This document shows positions 11,000 to 23,260 of a DNA stretch of 64,000 bases, piece after piece. The notes under the pieces are model-generated. The model saw nothing but the letters and a program-made list of their open reading frames with translations. It had not been told where the DNA came from and did not search any database. The DNA comes from Escherichia coli (GTDB lineage Bacteria > Pseudomonadota > Gammaproteobacteria > Enterobacterales > Enterobacteriaceae): assembly GCF_009931435.1 (NCBI RefSeq), contig NZ_CP043414.1; one strand, given 5' to 3'. Made by a program: the position numbers and the translations under genes. Each line of letters opens with the position of its first letter. Position 1 is the stretch's first letter.

Positions 11000-11029
11000 T
11001 TCCCCCTCATGATGAGGGGGCTTTTTTTA
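11000..11029 (+). terminator. Probable rho-independent terminator after yehA
   Basis: Hairpin tccccctcat/gatgaggggg followed by a run of seven T. Confidence 0.55.
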
Positions 11030-11365
11030 GCGATGATAAAAAATCTCACCGTCGTAGGCTTTAATGATTTTACCGTCGGCATCGTTGATCAACACGTATG
11101 CGCCACCCATATAGGTCCAGTGCGTTCCGGCATCAGGAGCGGGCAGGTTACGTAACTGCCACTGCTTAATGTTGTACTCATCGGTGCGGTACATCTCTGG
11201 GACGGTATCGCCTGGTTTGAAATGCTTAAAGTCAGCAATGAAACTGCTTAACTCATACTTAGAAATTCCCGAGGTATTGGTCGAACCCGCGGTGGCTGGT
11301 GCGGCCCAGGCGGCACTGGTAACCAGCAATAGCGCACCCAGCAACATCTTATTTTTAATGGTCAT
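11027..11365 (-). CDS. rcnB: Periplasmic Ni/Co homeostasis protein RcnB
   Basis: Track ORF is 172 aa; internal ATG giving MTIKNKMLLGALLLVTSAAWA (signal peptide, 112 aa) matches my memory of RcnB; downstream of rcnA on the same strand. Confidence 0.85.
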   Translation of the reverse strand: MTIKNKMLLGALLLVTSAAWAAPATAGSTNTSGISKYELSSFIADFKHFKPGDTVPEMYRTDEYNIKQWQLRNLPAPDAGTHWTYMGGAYVLINDADGKIIKAYDGEIFYHR

Positions 11366-11569
11366 ATACTCTCCACTTTGGGGATCTGTAATATCAGTCG
11401 CATATCTTTCCTGCCATACAATATAACTGACAAGCGATATTTTGTTAGTGATCCCATGATTTCGTAAAAAGTGTAAATGAAAGGATGCCCTAAAAGCATC
11501 CTTAGCGAGCAGAGAGCCAGCGGAAATAGCTGATTTAAGAATCATCCTGGGCTGAAGATAACATGCAGC

Positions 11570-12391
11570 CTATCGCATAATGCCCATAAAGCCATGCACG
11601 CCCATATACACCCCAACTAAGCCAATCAACAGACTGGAAAAATAGGGCGCACGTTTAGCGAGAGTGTTAAATCCGCTCCAGCGTTTTGCGACCTGCTGAA
11701 CGCTGATTGCTGCGCCAACGCCTACGGTGACCAGCGTTAACGCCAGGCCAATGCTGAAACTGACGACCAGTGTTGCGCCCAGTGTCAGGGCTTTCAACTG
11801 AATACAAATCAACAGCACGGTAATTGCTGCCGGGCAGGGGATCAGTCCACCTGTTAACCCAAACAATAAAATTTGCCAGTTGGTCACTTCTCTGCCATTG
11901 AAGCGTCGTTTGATGTCATTGGCATGGGCTCGTGCATGAGCATCCTGATACTCCCCATGTTCGTGATGGTGATGATGTCCATGGTCGTGGTGATCTTCGT
12001 GATCGTGATGATACTCATGATCATGCCCGTGCATATTCTCCAGCCAGTTGCGTTCGCCGCGCCAGGTACGCCAGAACATCCAGAACGCGGTGCCAATAAT
12101 GATCACCGCGGAAATCAACTGGAGCCACGGTTCTGCAGATTGAGCAGTAAAACGTTTGCTGATCACCATCCCGCCAAAGGCAATCAACCAGACCACCGCG
12201 GTATGCGAAAGGGTTGCTGCCAGTCCGAGCATCACCGCCTGTTTAATGGTGCCTTTGATGGCGATGATAAACGCCGCCATCATCGTTTTTGAGTGCCCTG
12301 GTTCCAGGCCATGAAGCGCACCAAGTAAGATGGCGCTGGGAATGAAGAACCAGGCGTTTCCTTGCTGAAGAAGAGTGGTAAATTCGGTCAT
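11570..12391 (-). CDS. rcnA: Nickel/cobalt efflux permease RcnA
   Basis: 273-aa membrane protein with a His-rich loop (HGHDHEYHHDHEDHHDHGHHHHHEHGE). Confidence 0.9.
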   Translation of the reverse strand: MTEFTTLLQQGNAWFFIPSAILLGALHGLEPGHSKTMMAAFIIAIKGTIKQAVMLGLAATLSHTAVVWLIAFGGMVISKRFTAQSAEPWLQLISAVIIIGTAFWMFWRTWRGERNWLENMHGHDHEYHHDHEDHHDHGHHHHHEHGEYQDAHARAHANDIKRRFNGREVTNWQILLFGLTGGLIPCPAAITVLLICIQLKALTLGATLVVSFSIGLALTLVTVGVGAAISVQQVAKRWSGFNTLAKRAPYFSSLLIGLVGVYMGVHGFMGIMR

Positions 12392-12428
12392 GATAATAAT
12401 TCTTAGTATTAATTCGGCAATCCGATTC

Positions 12429-12463
12429 TACTCCCCCCCAGTACCTGATACTACCCCCCAGTA
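12429..12463. promoter_or_regulatory. Two tandem RcnR operator-like sites in the rcnA/rcnR divergent promoter region
   Basis: tactcccccccagta and tactaccccccagta seen directly, 5 nt apart; they fit the TACT-G-tract-AGTA operator form I recall for RcnR. Confidence 0.8.
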
Positions 12464-12511
12464 GAATAATAGTGCTATGATTTTTCATGTTCTTGTTAAC
12501 CAGGTGTTGCC

Positions 12512-12784
12512 ATGTCTCATACAATCCGTGATAAACAGAAACTGAAAGCGCGTGCCAGTAAGATTCAGGGTCAGGTCGTGGCGCTCAAGAAAATGCTCGA
12601 CGAGCCGCACGAATGCGCAGCTGTTCTACAACAGATTGCTGCTATCCGTGGCGCGGTAAACGGTCTGATGCGGGAAGTGATTAAAGGTCATCTGACGGAA
12701 CACATCGTTCACCAGGGGGATGAGCTAAAACGTGAAGAAGATCTGGATGTCGTTCTGAAGGTGCTGGATTCATATATCAAATAA
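12512..12784 (+). CDS. rcnR: Ni/Co-responsive repressor RcnR (CsoR/RcnR family)
   Basis: 90-aa [41 protein letters not shown]; divergent from rcnA. Confidence 0.9.
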
Positions 12785-12874
12785 TTTCACAACGTTATTG
12801 TAATCCCGCCGTTTTTCCTCGTTTACAACGTGTGCGCGGGACATTACCATCCATCTCTGCGATTCATCATCGCA

Positions 12875-12990
12875 ACCAAACGACTCGGGGTGCCCTTCTG
12901 CGTGAAGGCTGAGAAATACCCGTATCACCTGATCTGGATAATGCCAGCGTAGGGAAGTCACAGACCACCAGGTCATTGCTTCTTCACGTT
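12875..12990 (+). promoter_or_regulatory. TPP riboswitch (thi box) in the thiM leader
   Basis: ggggtgcccttctgcgtgaaggctgagaaatacccgtatcacctgatctggataatgccagcgtagggaa immediately upstream of thiM; conserved THI-element core (ctgaga, cctgatctggataatgccagcg). Boundaries approximate. Confidence 0.9.
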
Positions 12991-13006
12991 ATGGCAGGAG
13001 CAAACT

Positions 13007-13795
13007 ATGCAAGTCGACCTGCTGAGTTCCGCGCAATCAGCGCACGCGTTAAACCTCTTTTACCAACACTCTCCTCTTGTGCATTGCATGACCAATGATG
13101 TGGTGCAAACCTTTACTGCCAATACTTTACTGGTGCTCGGTGCATCGCCAGCGATGGTTATCGAAGCAGAAGAGGCCAGTCAATTTGCGGCTATCGCCAG
13201 TGCCTTGCTAATTAACGTCGGCACGCTGACGCAGCCACGCGCACAGGCAATGCGTGCTGCCGTTGAACAGGCAACACACTCCCAAACGCCCTGGACGCTT
13301 GATCCGGTCGCGGTTGGCGCACTCGATTATCGTCGCCGTTTTTGTCATGAACTTTTATCTTTTAAACCGACAGCGATACGTGGTAATGCTTCGGAAATCA
13401 TGGCATTAGCTGGCGTTGCTAATGGTGGACGGGGAGTGGACACCACTGACGCCGCGGCTAACGCGATACCTGCTGCACAAACACTGGCACGGGAAACTGG
13501 CGCAATCGTCGTGGTCACTGGCGAGGTGGATTATATTACCGATGGTCGTCGCACCGTTGGCATTCACGGCGGCAATTCGTTAATGACCAAAGTGGTAGGA
13601 ACTGGCTGTGCATTATCGGCAGTTGTCGCTGCCTGTTGTGCATTACCAGGCGATATGCTGGAAAATATCGCATCTGCCTGTCACTGGATGAAACAAGCCG
13701 GAGAACGCGCCGTCGCCAGAAGTGAAGGGCCTGGCAGTTTTGTTCCCCATTTTCTTGATGCGCTCTGGCAATTGACGCAGGAGGTGCAGGCATGA
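13007..13795 (+). CDS. thiM: Hydroxyethylthiazole kinase
   Basis: 262-aa ORF directly downstream of the thi box; 4-nt overlap with thiD. Confidence 0.95.
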   Translation: MQVDLLSSAQSAHALNLFYQHSPLVHCMTNDVVQTFTANTLLVLGASPAMVIEAEEASQFAAIASALLINVGTLTQPRAQAMRAAVEQATHSQTPWTLDPVAVGALDYRRRFCHELLSFKPTAIRGNASEIMALAGVANGGRGVDTTDAAANAIPAAQTLARETGAIVVVTGEVDYITDGRRTVGIHGGNSLMTKVVGTGCALSAVVAACCALPGDMLENIASACHWMKQAGERAVARSEGPGSFVPHFLDALWQLTQEVQA

Positions 13796-14592
13796 AACGG
13801 ATTAACGCTCTGACAATTGCAGGCACTGATCCCAGTGGTGGCGCAGGAATTCAGGCAGATCTCAAAACGTTCTCTGCACTTGGTGCTTATGGTTGTTCAG
13901 TAATAACCGCCCTGGTAGCGCAAAACACCCGAGGCGTGCAATCGGTGTATCGCATAGATCCTGATTTTGTCGCCGCGCAGTTGGATTCGGTGTTCACTGA
14001 TGTGCGAATCGACACCACTAAAATCGGTATGTTGGCGGAAACCGATATTGTTGAAGCGGTGGCAGAACGGTTGCAACGTTATCAGATCCAAAACGTGGTA
14101 CTCGACACCGTTATGCTGGCAAAAAGCGGCGACCCTCTGCTTTCACCTTCGGCGGTTGCCACGCTGCGCAGTCGATTATTGCCACAGGTTTCATTAATAA
14201 CGCCAAACTTGCCCGAAGCTGCCGCCTTGCTCGACGCGCCACACGCGCGCAACGAACAGGAAATGCTGGAACAAGGGCGATCGCTGTTGGCGATGGGCTG
14301 TGGCGCAGTGCTAATGAAAGGTGGTCATCTGGATGATGAGCAAAGCCCGGACTGGCTGTTTACTCGCGAGGGGGAACAACGGTTTACTGCACCGCGCATT
14401 ATGACCAAAAACACCCACGGCACTGGTTGTACGCTCTCTGCGGCGTTGGCTGCACTGCGCCCGCGCCATACAAACTGGGCTGACACCGTCCAGGAGGCAA
14501 AAAGCTGGCTTTCATCGGCGTTAGCCCAGGCCGACACGCTGGAAGTTGGTCACGGTATTGGTCCGGTTCACCACTTCCACGCCTGGTGGTGA
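13792..14592 (+). CDS. thiD: Hydroxymethylpyrimidine/phosphomethylpyrimidine kinase
   Basis: 266-aa [30 protein letters not shown] (ribokinase-like HMP-P kinase). Confidence 0.95.
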   Translation: MKRINALTIAGTDPSGGAGIQADLKTFSALGAYGCSVITALVAQNTRGVQSVYRIDPDFVAAQLDSVFTDVRIDTTKIGMLAETDIVEAVAERLQRYQIQNVVLDTVMLAKSGDPLLSPSAVATLRSRLLPQVSLITPNLPEAAALLDAPHARNEQEMLEQGRSLLAMGCGAVLMKGGHLDDEQSPDWLFTREGEQRFTAPRIMTKNTHGTGCTLSAALAALRPRHTNWADTVQEAKSWLSSALAQADTLEVGHGIGPVHHFHAWW

Positions 14593-14656
14593 GCACCTTA
14601 CTATAGCTGCTTTGGTTATTGTCAGTATTTAGCGCTGACATTCAGGGATGAAACCA

Positions 14657-15475
14657 ATGCAGCTGAGAATCACCAGTCGAAAAAAATTCACCGCTTTATT
14701 ATGCGCTCTTGGGCTAATTTCCATCGTTGCAATTTATCCGCGTCAGACGGTGAATTTTTTCTATTCGACAGCAATTCAGATTAAAGACTACATCCACTTC
14801 TACGGTTATCGTCCGGTTAAATCTTTCGCTATTCGCATTCCTGCCAGTTACACCATTCACGGAATAGATGTTTCGCGCTGGCAGGAGCGGATCGACTGGC
14901 AGCGGGTGGCAAAAATGCGCGATAACGGTATTCGCTTGCAATTTGCCTTTATCAAGGCGACGGAAGGCGAAAAACTGGTGGACCCGTATTTTTCGCGTAA
15001 CTGGCAACTAAGCCGCGAAAATGGCCTGTTGCGTGGGGCGTATCATTATTTTTCCCCGTCGGTATCCGCCTCAGTTCAGGCGCGATTATTTCTGCAAACG
15101 GTGGATTTTGCCCACGGTGATCTCCCTGCTGTGCTGGACGTAGAAGAGCGCGGAAAATTATCGGCGAAGGAATTACGCAAGCAGGTAAGTCAGTGGCTAA
15201 AAATGGTCGAAAAAAGCACAGGAAAAAAGCCGATTATTTATGCAGGCGCGACGTTTTATCACACGAATCTGGCGGGGTATTTCAATGAATATCCGTGGTG
15301 GGTGGCTCACTATTATCAACGTCGTCCGGACAATGACGGCATGGCCTGGCGCTTCTGGCAGCATTCCGACCGTGGACAGGTAGATGGCATTAATGGTCTG
15401 GTGGATTTTAATGTGTTTAATGGCACGGTGGAGGAGCTGCAGGGATTCGTTGATGGGATTAAAGAAACGCCTTAA
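14657..15475 (+). CDS. yegX: Glycoside hydrolase family 25 (lysozyme-like) protein
   Basis: Track ORF starts 14648; ATG at 14657 has better Shine-Dalgarno spacing and gives 272 aa. GH25-like motifs (GIDVSRWQ, FAFIKATEG). Confidence 0.8.
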   Translation: MQLRITSRKKFTALLCALGLISIVAIYPRQTVNFFYSTAIQIKDYIHFYGYRPVKSFAIRIPASYTIHGIDVSRWQERIDWQRVAKMRDNGIRLQFAFIKATEGEKLVDPYFSRNWQLSRENGLLRGAYHYFSPSVSASVQARLFLQTVDFAHGDLPAVLDVEERGKLSAKELRKQVSQWLKMVEKSTGKKPIIYAGATFYHTNLAGYFNEYPWWVAHYYQRRPDNDGMAWRFWQHSDRGQVDGINGLVDFNVFNGTVEELQGFVDGIKETP

Positions 15476-15526
15476 ATAAGAAGCAGTGATATACTCCCAC
15501 CAGACTCCCTGGCAGGAAAAAGACAA

Positions 15527-16273
15527 ATGGAACAAGCGCATACCCAGCTGATTGCCCAACTGAACGAACGTATTTTAGCGGCGGATAACACGCCGCTTTA
15601 TATTAAGTTTGCCGAAACGGTGAAAAATGCCGTGCGCAGCGGGGTGCTGGAACATGGCAATATTTTACCCGGCGAGCGCGATTTAAGTCAGTTAACCGGC
15701 GTTTCGCGCATTACGGTGCGCAAGGCGATGCAGGCGCTGGAAGAAGAGGGCGTGGTGACACGTTCGCGCGGCTACGGCACGCAGATTAATAACATCTTTG
15801 AATACTCGTTAAAAGAAGCGCGAGGATTTTCTCAGCAGGTGGTGTTGCGCGGGAAAAAGCCCGATACGCTATGGGTTAACAAGCGAGTGGTTAAATGCCC
15901 TGAAGAGGTGGCGCAGCAATTGGCGGTCGAAGCGGGTAGTGATGTCTTTTTGCTTAAGCGTATTCGCTATGTTGATGAAGAAGCGGTCTCTATTGAGGAG
16001 TCGTGGGTTCCGGCGCATTTAATTCATGATGTTGATGCCATCGGAATCTCTCTTTATGACTACTTCCGCAGTCAGCATATTTTTCCAAAGCGTACCCGTT
16101 CCCGCGTTAGCGCCCGGATGCCGGATGCCGAGTTTCAGTCACATATTCAATTAGATAGTAAAATACCGGTGCTGGTGATCAAGCAAGTGGCGCTTGACCA
16201 ACAGCAACGGCCTATTGAGTACAGCATCAGCCACTGTCGCAGTGATCTATACGTTTTTGTGTGTGAGGAGTAG
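15527..16273 (+). CDS. yegW: GntR-family transcriptional regulator
   Basis: 248-aa ORF with N-terminal GntR-type helix-turn-helix (LPGERDLSQLTGVSRITVRKAMQAL) and UTRA-like C-terminus. Confidence 0.85.
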   Translation: MEQAHTQLIAQLNERILAADNTPLYIKFAETVKNAVRSGVLEHGNILPGERDLSQLTGVSRITVRKAMQALEEEGVVTRSRGYGTQINNIFEYSLKEARGFSQQVVLRGKKPDTLWVNKRVVKCPEEVAQQLAVEAGSDVFLLKRIRYVDEEAVSIEESWVPAHLIHDVDAIGISLYDYFRSQHIFPKRTRSRVSARMPDAEFQSHIQLDSKIPVLVIKQVALDQQQRPIEYSISHCRSDLYVFVCEE

Positions 16274-17212
16274 TTCCTCGCGGGTTGGCGCGCAATCACC
16301 GCCGCGATGCCCGACAACCCACGACGCCACTGCATTGCCCAGCAATACGGCATCCGCCAGTGGCAAACCAGAGGCCAGTCCAGCTAATACGCCACCTGCA
16401 TGACTGTCGCCCGCCCCAATGGTGTCTACAACTTGCGTTGGAAATGCCGGGATGCAGCCAGAAGCGTTATTGCTGAAATACCATGCGCCTTCTTTATCGA
16501 GACGAACGATCAACGGCGCGGCAAATTTCTCCTGCCATTGCTTGCCAAGTGTTGTTATCTCTGCTGATAAAGCAAAACGTTCGGCGGCAATCTCACCCTC
16601 CTGACGATTGAGTGACACTAAAGGTCGACAGGCCATGATTCGCGCCAGTAATGCATCCGGGATATCGCCAATACGTGGGCCAAAATCGATGAACGGCGTC
16701 ACGTCTTGCAGACTCTCCAGCCATTCCACTAACAATTCACCGCAGGGCGAGGCCAGTTGATAACCAGAAAAATAGAGCAGGCTGCCAGGCGCAACGGTTA
16801 ATCGCGCCAACCATTCGCGATTCCACTGATTTTCCACACCACTGAACGACATAAACGTGCGTTCACCATCAGGCTCAACCAGCGCCAGACACCAGCCGTT
16901 ATCGCCTTCGGCGTTATCGATGAGGCTGATTAATCCTTCTTTCGCCATCCGGTTACGAATAATTTCCGCCCACACACCCTGGCCGAGCGGCAGGGCATTA
17001 CCCGCTTCGATACCGAGGCGCTTTAACGCCACGGCAATATTCAGTGCGCAGCCGCCAACGTTAACGCTCTGCTGTTTCAGTTCGATATCGCACCCACGCC
17101 AGGGGAGGGCATAAGCGTCGGCGATCACATCAATGACTGCCGCGCCGACGACCATCACCGGCTGACGCGTGGTTAATTCAGGCAGCAGCGTGTGTAATCG
17201 AGCGCCGCTCAT
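16247..17212 (-). CDS. yegV: PfkB-family sugar/nucleoside kinase
   Basis: 321-aa ORF with ribokinase-family signatures (GGCALNIAVALKRLG; DTIGAGDSHAGG). 3' end overlaps the convergent yegW by 27 nt. Confidence 0.85.
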   Translation of the reverse strand: MSGARLHTLLPELTTRQPVMVVGAAVIDVIADAYALPWRGCDIELKQQSVNVGGCALNIAVALKRLGIEAGNALPLGQGVWAEIIRNRMAKEGLISLIDNAEGDNGWCLALVEPDGERTFMSFSGVENQWNREWLARLTVAPGSLLYFSGYQLASPCGELLVEWLESLQDVTPFIDFGPRIGDIPDALLARIMACRPLVSLNRQEGEIAAERFALSAEITTLGKQWQEKFAAPLIVRLDKEGAWYFSNNASGCIPAFPTQVVDTIGAGDSHAGGVLAGLASGLPLADAVLLGNAVASWVVGHRGGDCAPTREELLLTHKNV

Positions 17213-18213
17213 GCCGCCTCCCGTTGTTGGCGATACTTTGCCAGCGCCGTGGCATAATGATTAAAATCAAGCTGATTTACCGCATCCAGCTCCGTCTTAA
17301 ACGCAGGATCGATAGCGTTAACGCCATGCAATGCGCCGCAAATCGCCGTCGCCATAGCGCCGATGGTGTCTGTGTCGCCGCCAAGGTTAGCGCACAGGAT
17401 GGCGCAACGGTTCGGGTCGGTTTGTGCCAGTTCAACCAGCGCAATGGCGCACGGAACGGACTCAATAGTACTGGTACCTGCCCCAACCACCTGATACAGC
17501 TGTTCGCTGGCGGATTCGGTGCCGTCGGCATTGCGCACAATTTTCAGCGCAATCTCCAGACGTGCTGCCAGTGAGGCGCTGAAGGTAGTGATGCGTTTTT
17601 GCTGTGCATGTCGCGCAATCGAGGGTAGAGAATCAACAATCGCTGACCAGCTTTCTCCGTCAATGGCACGGGAAATCGCCCATGCGATGACTACCGCACC
17701 TGCCACCGCCAGATCGGATTTATGGGTCGGGCTGGACGCCAGCGCCACATCATCAATAAAGGAATCAACATTGCGCGCCGGAAGCAAACAACCTAATGGC
17801 GAGACGCGCATCGCTGCGCCGTTGGTCACGCCATTGTTTTCCAGTTCAGCAACGGGTTTACCGTCGCGAATGGCGTTAAGCGCAATCTTCGAGGTCGGAC
17901 CTAGTACGTTTTTGTTAAAGGCGTCGAAACGCAGCGCCCAGTCGAGAATATTACGCCCAATCAGATCCGGATCGATCTTGCCTTCACGTTCCAGTAACGC
18001 ATCCGCCAGACACAGCGCCATCGAGGTATCGTCGGTGAATTCGGCGCGGTTAAAATAACAGGCCGCGTTATTCTCCTTTGGTCCAGGAAGAAAACGGTCA
18101 ATCCAGCCAAAGTGTGCTTTAACGCGGCTGCGTGGCCAAAGCTCGGAGGGCATCCCCATCGCATCCCCTAACGCCTGCCCATAAAGAGCACCGAGAATAC
18201 GTTCTGTTTTCAT
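17209..18213 (-). CDS. yegU: ADP-ribosylglycohydrolase-family protein
   Basis: 334-aa ORF MKTERILGALYGQALGDAMGMPSE; 4-nt overlaps with yegT upstream and yegV downstream. Confidence 0.85.
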   Translation of the reverse strand: MKTERILGALYGQALGDAMGMPSELWPRSRVKAHFGWIDRFLPGPKENNAACYFNRAEFTDDTSMALCLADALLEREGKIDPDLIGRNILDWALRFDAFNKNVLGPTSKIALNAIRDGKPVAELENNGVTNGAAMRVSPLGCLLPARNVDSFIDDVALASSPTHKSDLAVAGAVVIAWAISRAIDGESWSAIVDSLPSIARHAQQKRITTFSASLAARLEIALKIVRNADGTESASEQLYQVVGAGTSTIESVPCAIALVELAQTDPNRCAILCANLGGDTDTIGAMATAICGALHGVNAIDPAFKTELDAVNQLDFNHYATALAKYRQQREAA

Positions 18214-19487
18214 TTAACTTCCCCTTGTGTCAACGCAATATCGCGATCATCGACCTTGATAGCCGTAATTTCGTTGTCGGATTCGCGGAAAAAAATCATG
18301 AACAGCACGGCGATAATGGCAATCATCACCGCGCCGAAAGTCCACATCCCGGACCAGTTGAAAGTCAGTCCGTTTACCGGTTCCGGATAAGCGAACATCT
18401 TTTCCATCATCACACCGCCAAGACGATAGCCGAGCAAACTGCCGAATCCCTGGCAGCAGAGCGTGATCAGCCCCTGCGCAGCGGTACGCATATGCACGGG
18501 GGCTTTTTTATCGACATAGATGTAAGCGGTAACGTAGTAAAAATCGTAACTTACGCCATGCAGCAAAATGCCGAGGAACAGTAACGCGTAGGTGAAATAT
18601 TCATCCGCACTACCGTAAATAAAGAAGCCATAGCGGATCGCTGCGGTGACCAGACCAAGTAATAATACCTTTTTGATACCAAAGCGTTTAGTGAAAAACG
18701 GTAATGCCAGCATAAAGAATATTTCAGAGAACTGGCCGAGCGTCATCCAGCCGGTGGCATTTTTCATGCCGACTTCGGTCAGATAACCGTTGGCAAAGAT
18801 GTAATAGAACGCCAGTGGCATCGCAAACAGGAATGAACAGAAGAAAAAGACGAGGAAGTTTTTATCGCGCAGCAGGATCAGCGCATCCAGGCCGAGCATG
18901 ACTTTAATATCCATTTTGCCGGTGCTTTTTGGTGGCGTGTCGGGCAGGAAAAACGCAAACACACCGAGCAGAGCAGAACTTCCGGCGGTAATCAGCAGCG
19001 GGATGTTAGTCGGTGAGATATCGGCATACCCCAGTATTTGCGGCAAGAAACCACATGCCAGACCGGAGGCAATCCAGCCGATAGTGCCCATCACACGAAT
19101 GCGCGGGAAATCACGCTCAACATCCGGCACGTTGGCAAAAGCGATGCTGTTAGTCAGCGCAATGGTCGGCATATAGGTTAGCGAGTAGGCCAGCAGTAAC
19201 GGGAAGAACCCGGCAAAAGTGGTCTGTTGCGCAGCGAAATACATCAGCAGCGCGCCTGCGAACATCAATACCGCCAGCACTTTCTGCGCCGAGAAAAAGC
19301 GGTCAGTGATGGAGCCAACCAGAATTGGCGACAGGATCGCCGCAATGGCGGTACAGGCATACGACCAGCCAATTTCTCCGGCACTAAAACCGCTTTTACT
19401 TAACCACAACCACAATGGCACAAACCACGCGCCCCAGATAAACCATTCAACAAACATCATGAACGACAGCTTTGCTGTTGTTTTCAT
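18210..19487 (-). CDS. yegT: MFS nucleoside transporter-like protein
   Basis: 425-aa polytopic membrane protein; first gene of the yegT-yegU-yegV array. Confidence 0.85.
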   Translation of the reverse strand: MKTTAKLSFMMFVEWFIWGAWFVPLWLWLSKSGFSAGEIGWSYACTAIAAILSPILVGSITDRFFSAQKVLAVLMFAGALLMYFAAQQTTFAGFFPLLLAYSLTYMPTIALTNSIAFANVPDVERDFPRIRVMGTIGWIASGLACGFLPQILGYADISPTNIPLLITAGSSALLGVFAFFLPDTPPKSTGKMDIKVMLGLDALILLRDKNFLVFFFCSFLFAMPLAFYYIFANGYLTEVGMKNATGWMTLGQFSEIFFMLALPFFTKRFGIKKVLLLGLVTAAIRYGFFIYGSADEYFTYALLFLGILLHGVSYDFYYVTAYIYVDKKAPVHMRTAAQGLITLCCQGFGSLLGYRLGGVMMEKMFAYPEPVNGLTFNWSGMWTFGAVMIAIIAVLFMIFFRESDNEITAIKVDDRDIALTQGEVK

Positions 19488-19743
19488 CTTTTAATTCCTT
19501 CATGACAGGTAATGTAAGGTACACGATGACAATACCACTTAATAATACCTTTTAAATACCTTTGCGGTGAAAACTTGACCGCGCTAACATTTTTTCTGAT
19601 GAATCGAGCCAACAGAAAACGCTGAAAAAACATCCAAAAGATGGAAAAACTCGCCCGTAACGACCAGGATTATGATTGCCCGCAAAAGGCGGGCCAGGAC
19701 AATCCATAGCCGATATCCAATCGGAATTTACGGGAGCATAGTA

Positions 19744-20796
19744 ATGACAGATATTGCGCAGTTGCTTGGCAAAGACGCCGACAACCTTTTACAGCACCGT
19801 TGTATGACAATTCCTTCTGACCAGCTTTATCTCCCCGGACATGACTACGTAGACCGCGTAATGATTGACAATAATCGCCCGCCAGCGGTGTTACGTAATA
19901 TGCAGACGTTGTACAACACCGGGCGTCTGGCTGGCACAGGATATCTTTCTATTCTGCCGGTTGACCAGGGCGTTGAGCACTCTGCCGGAGCTTCATTTGC
20001 CGCTAACCCGCTCTACTTTGACCCGAAAAACATTGTTGAACTGGCGATCGAAGCGGGCTGTAACTGTGTGGCGTCAACCTACGGCGTGCTGGCATCGGTA
20101 TCGCGGCGTTACGCGCATCGCATTCCATTCCTTGTCAAACTTAATCACAACGAGACGCTAAGTTACCCGAACACTTACGATCAAACGCTGTATGCCAGCG
20201 TGGAGCAGGCGTTCAACATGGGCGCGGTGGCGGTTGGCGCGACCATCTATTTTGGCTCGGAAGAGTCACGTCGCCAGATTGAAGAAATTTCTGCGGCTTT
20301 TGAACGTGCGCACGAGCTGGGCATGGTGACCGTGCTGTGGGCCTATTTGCGTAACTCCGCCTTTAAGAAAGATGGCGTCGATTATCACGTTTCGGCTGAC
20401 CTGACCGGCCAGGCTAACCATCTGGCGGCAACCATAGGCGCAGATATCGTCAAACAAAAAATGGCGGAAAATAACGGCGGCTATAAAGCGATTAATTACG
20501 GTTATACCGACGATCGCGTGTACAGCAAGTTGACCAGCGAAAACCCGATTGATCTGGTGCGTTATCAGTTAGCTAACTGCTATATGGGTCGGGCTGGGTT
20601 GATAAACTCCGGCGGTGCTGCGGGCGGTGAAACTGACCTCAGCGATGCAGTGCGTACTGCGGTTATCAACAAACGCGCTGGCGGAATGGGGCTGATTCTT
20701 GGACGTAAGGCGTTCAAGAAATCGATGGCTGACGGCGTGAAACTGATTAATGCCGTGCAGGACGTTTATCTCGATAGCAAAATTACTATTGCCTGA
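19744..20796 (+). CDS. fbaB: Fructose-bisphosphate aldolase class I
   Basis: Track ORF 19672 has a 24-codon extension; ATG at 19744 gives [20 protein letters not shown] (350 aa). Confidence 0.95.
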
Positions 20797-20823
20797 TACG
20801 CCTCATACGAACAGCACCACCCC

Positions 20824-20937
20824 GTAGGACGGATAAGGCGTTTACACTGCATCCGGCAACCTATGCCTGATGCGACGCGGAAGCGTCTTATCATGCCTAC
20901 ATAGCACTGCCACGTATGTTTACACCGCATCCGGCAT
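20824..20937. repeat. REP/BIME cluster (about three REP units)
   Basis: Imperfect palindromic units of the gccggatgcggcgtaaacgccttatccggcctac type in alternating orientation. Confidence 0.7.
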
Positions 20938-20956
20938 AAAAACACGCGCACTTTGC

Positions 20957-20990
20957 TACGGCTTCCCTATCGGGAGGCCGTTTTTTTTTG
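20957..20990 (+). terminator. Probable rho-independent terminator of fbaB
   Basis: Hairpin cggcttccc...gggaggccg followed by a run of nine T. Confidence 0.6.
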
Positions 20991-21051
20991 CCTTTTACTC
21001 CTCGAACAATTTTCACATTGTCGTTTTTGTGATCGTTATCTCGACATTTAA

Positions 21052-21976
<925 letters not shown>

Positions 21977-21977
21977 T

Positions 21978-23251
<1,274 letters not shown>

Positions 23252-23260
23252 GGACGGTAT

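Noticed and set aside
11873-12292. 139-aa plus-strand ORF opposite the rcnA His-rich region
   Set aside because: It is the mirror-image translation of the repetitive His-codon tract of rcnA; an artefact of low-complexity sequence.
17519-18058. 179-aa plus-strand ORF antisense to yegU
   Set aside because: Ser/Ala/Arg-rich antisense frame inside a conserved gene; no start context.
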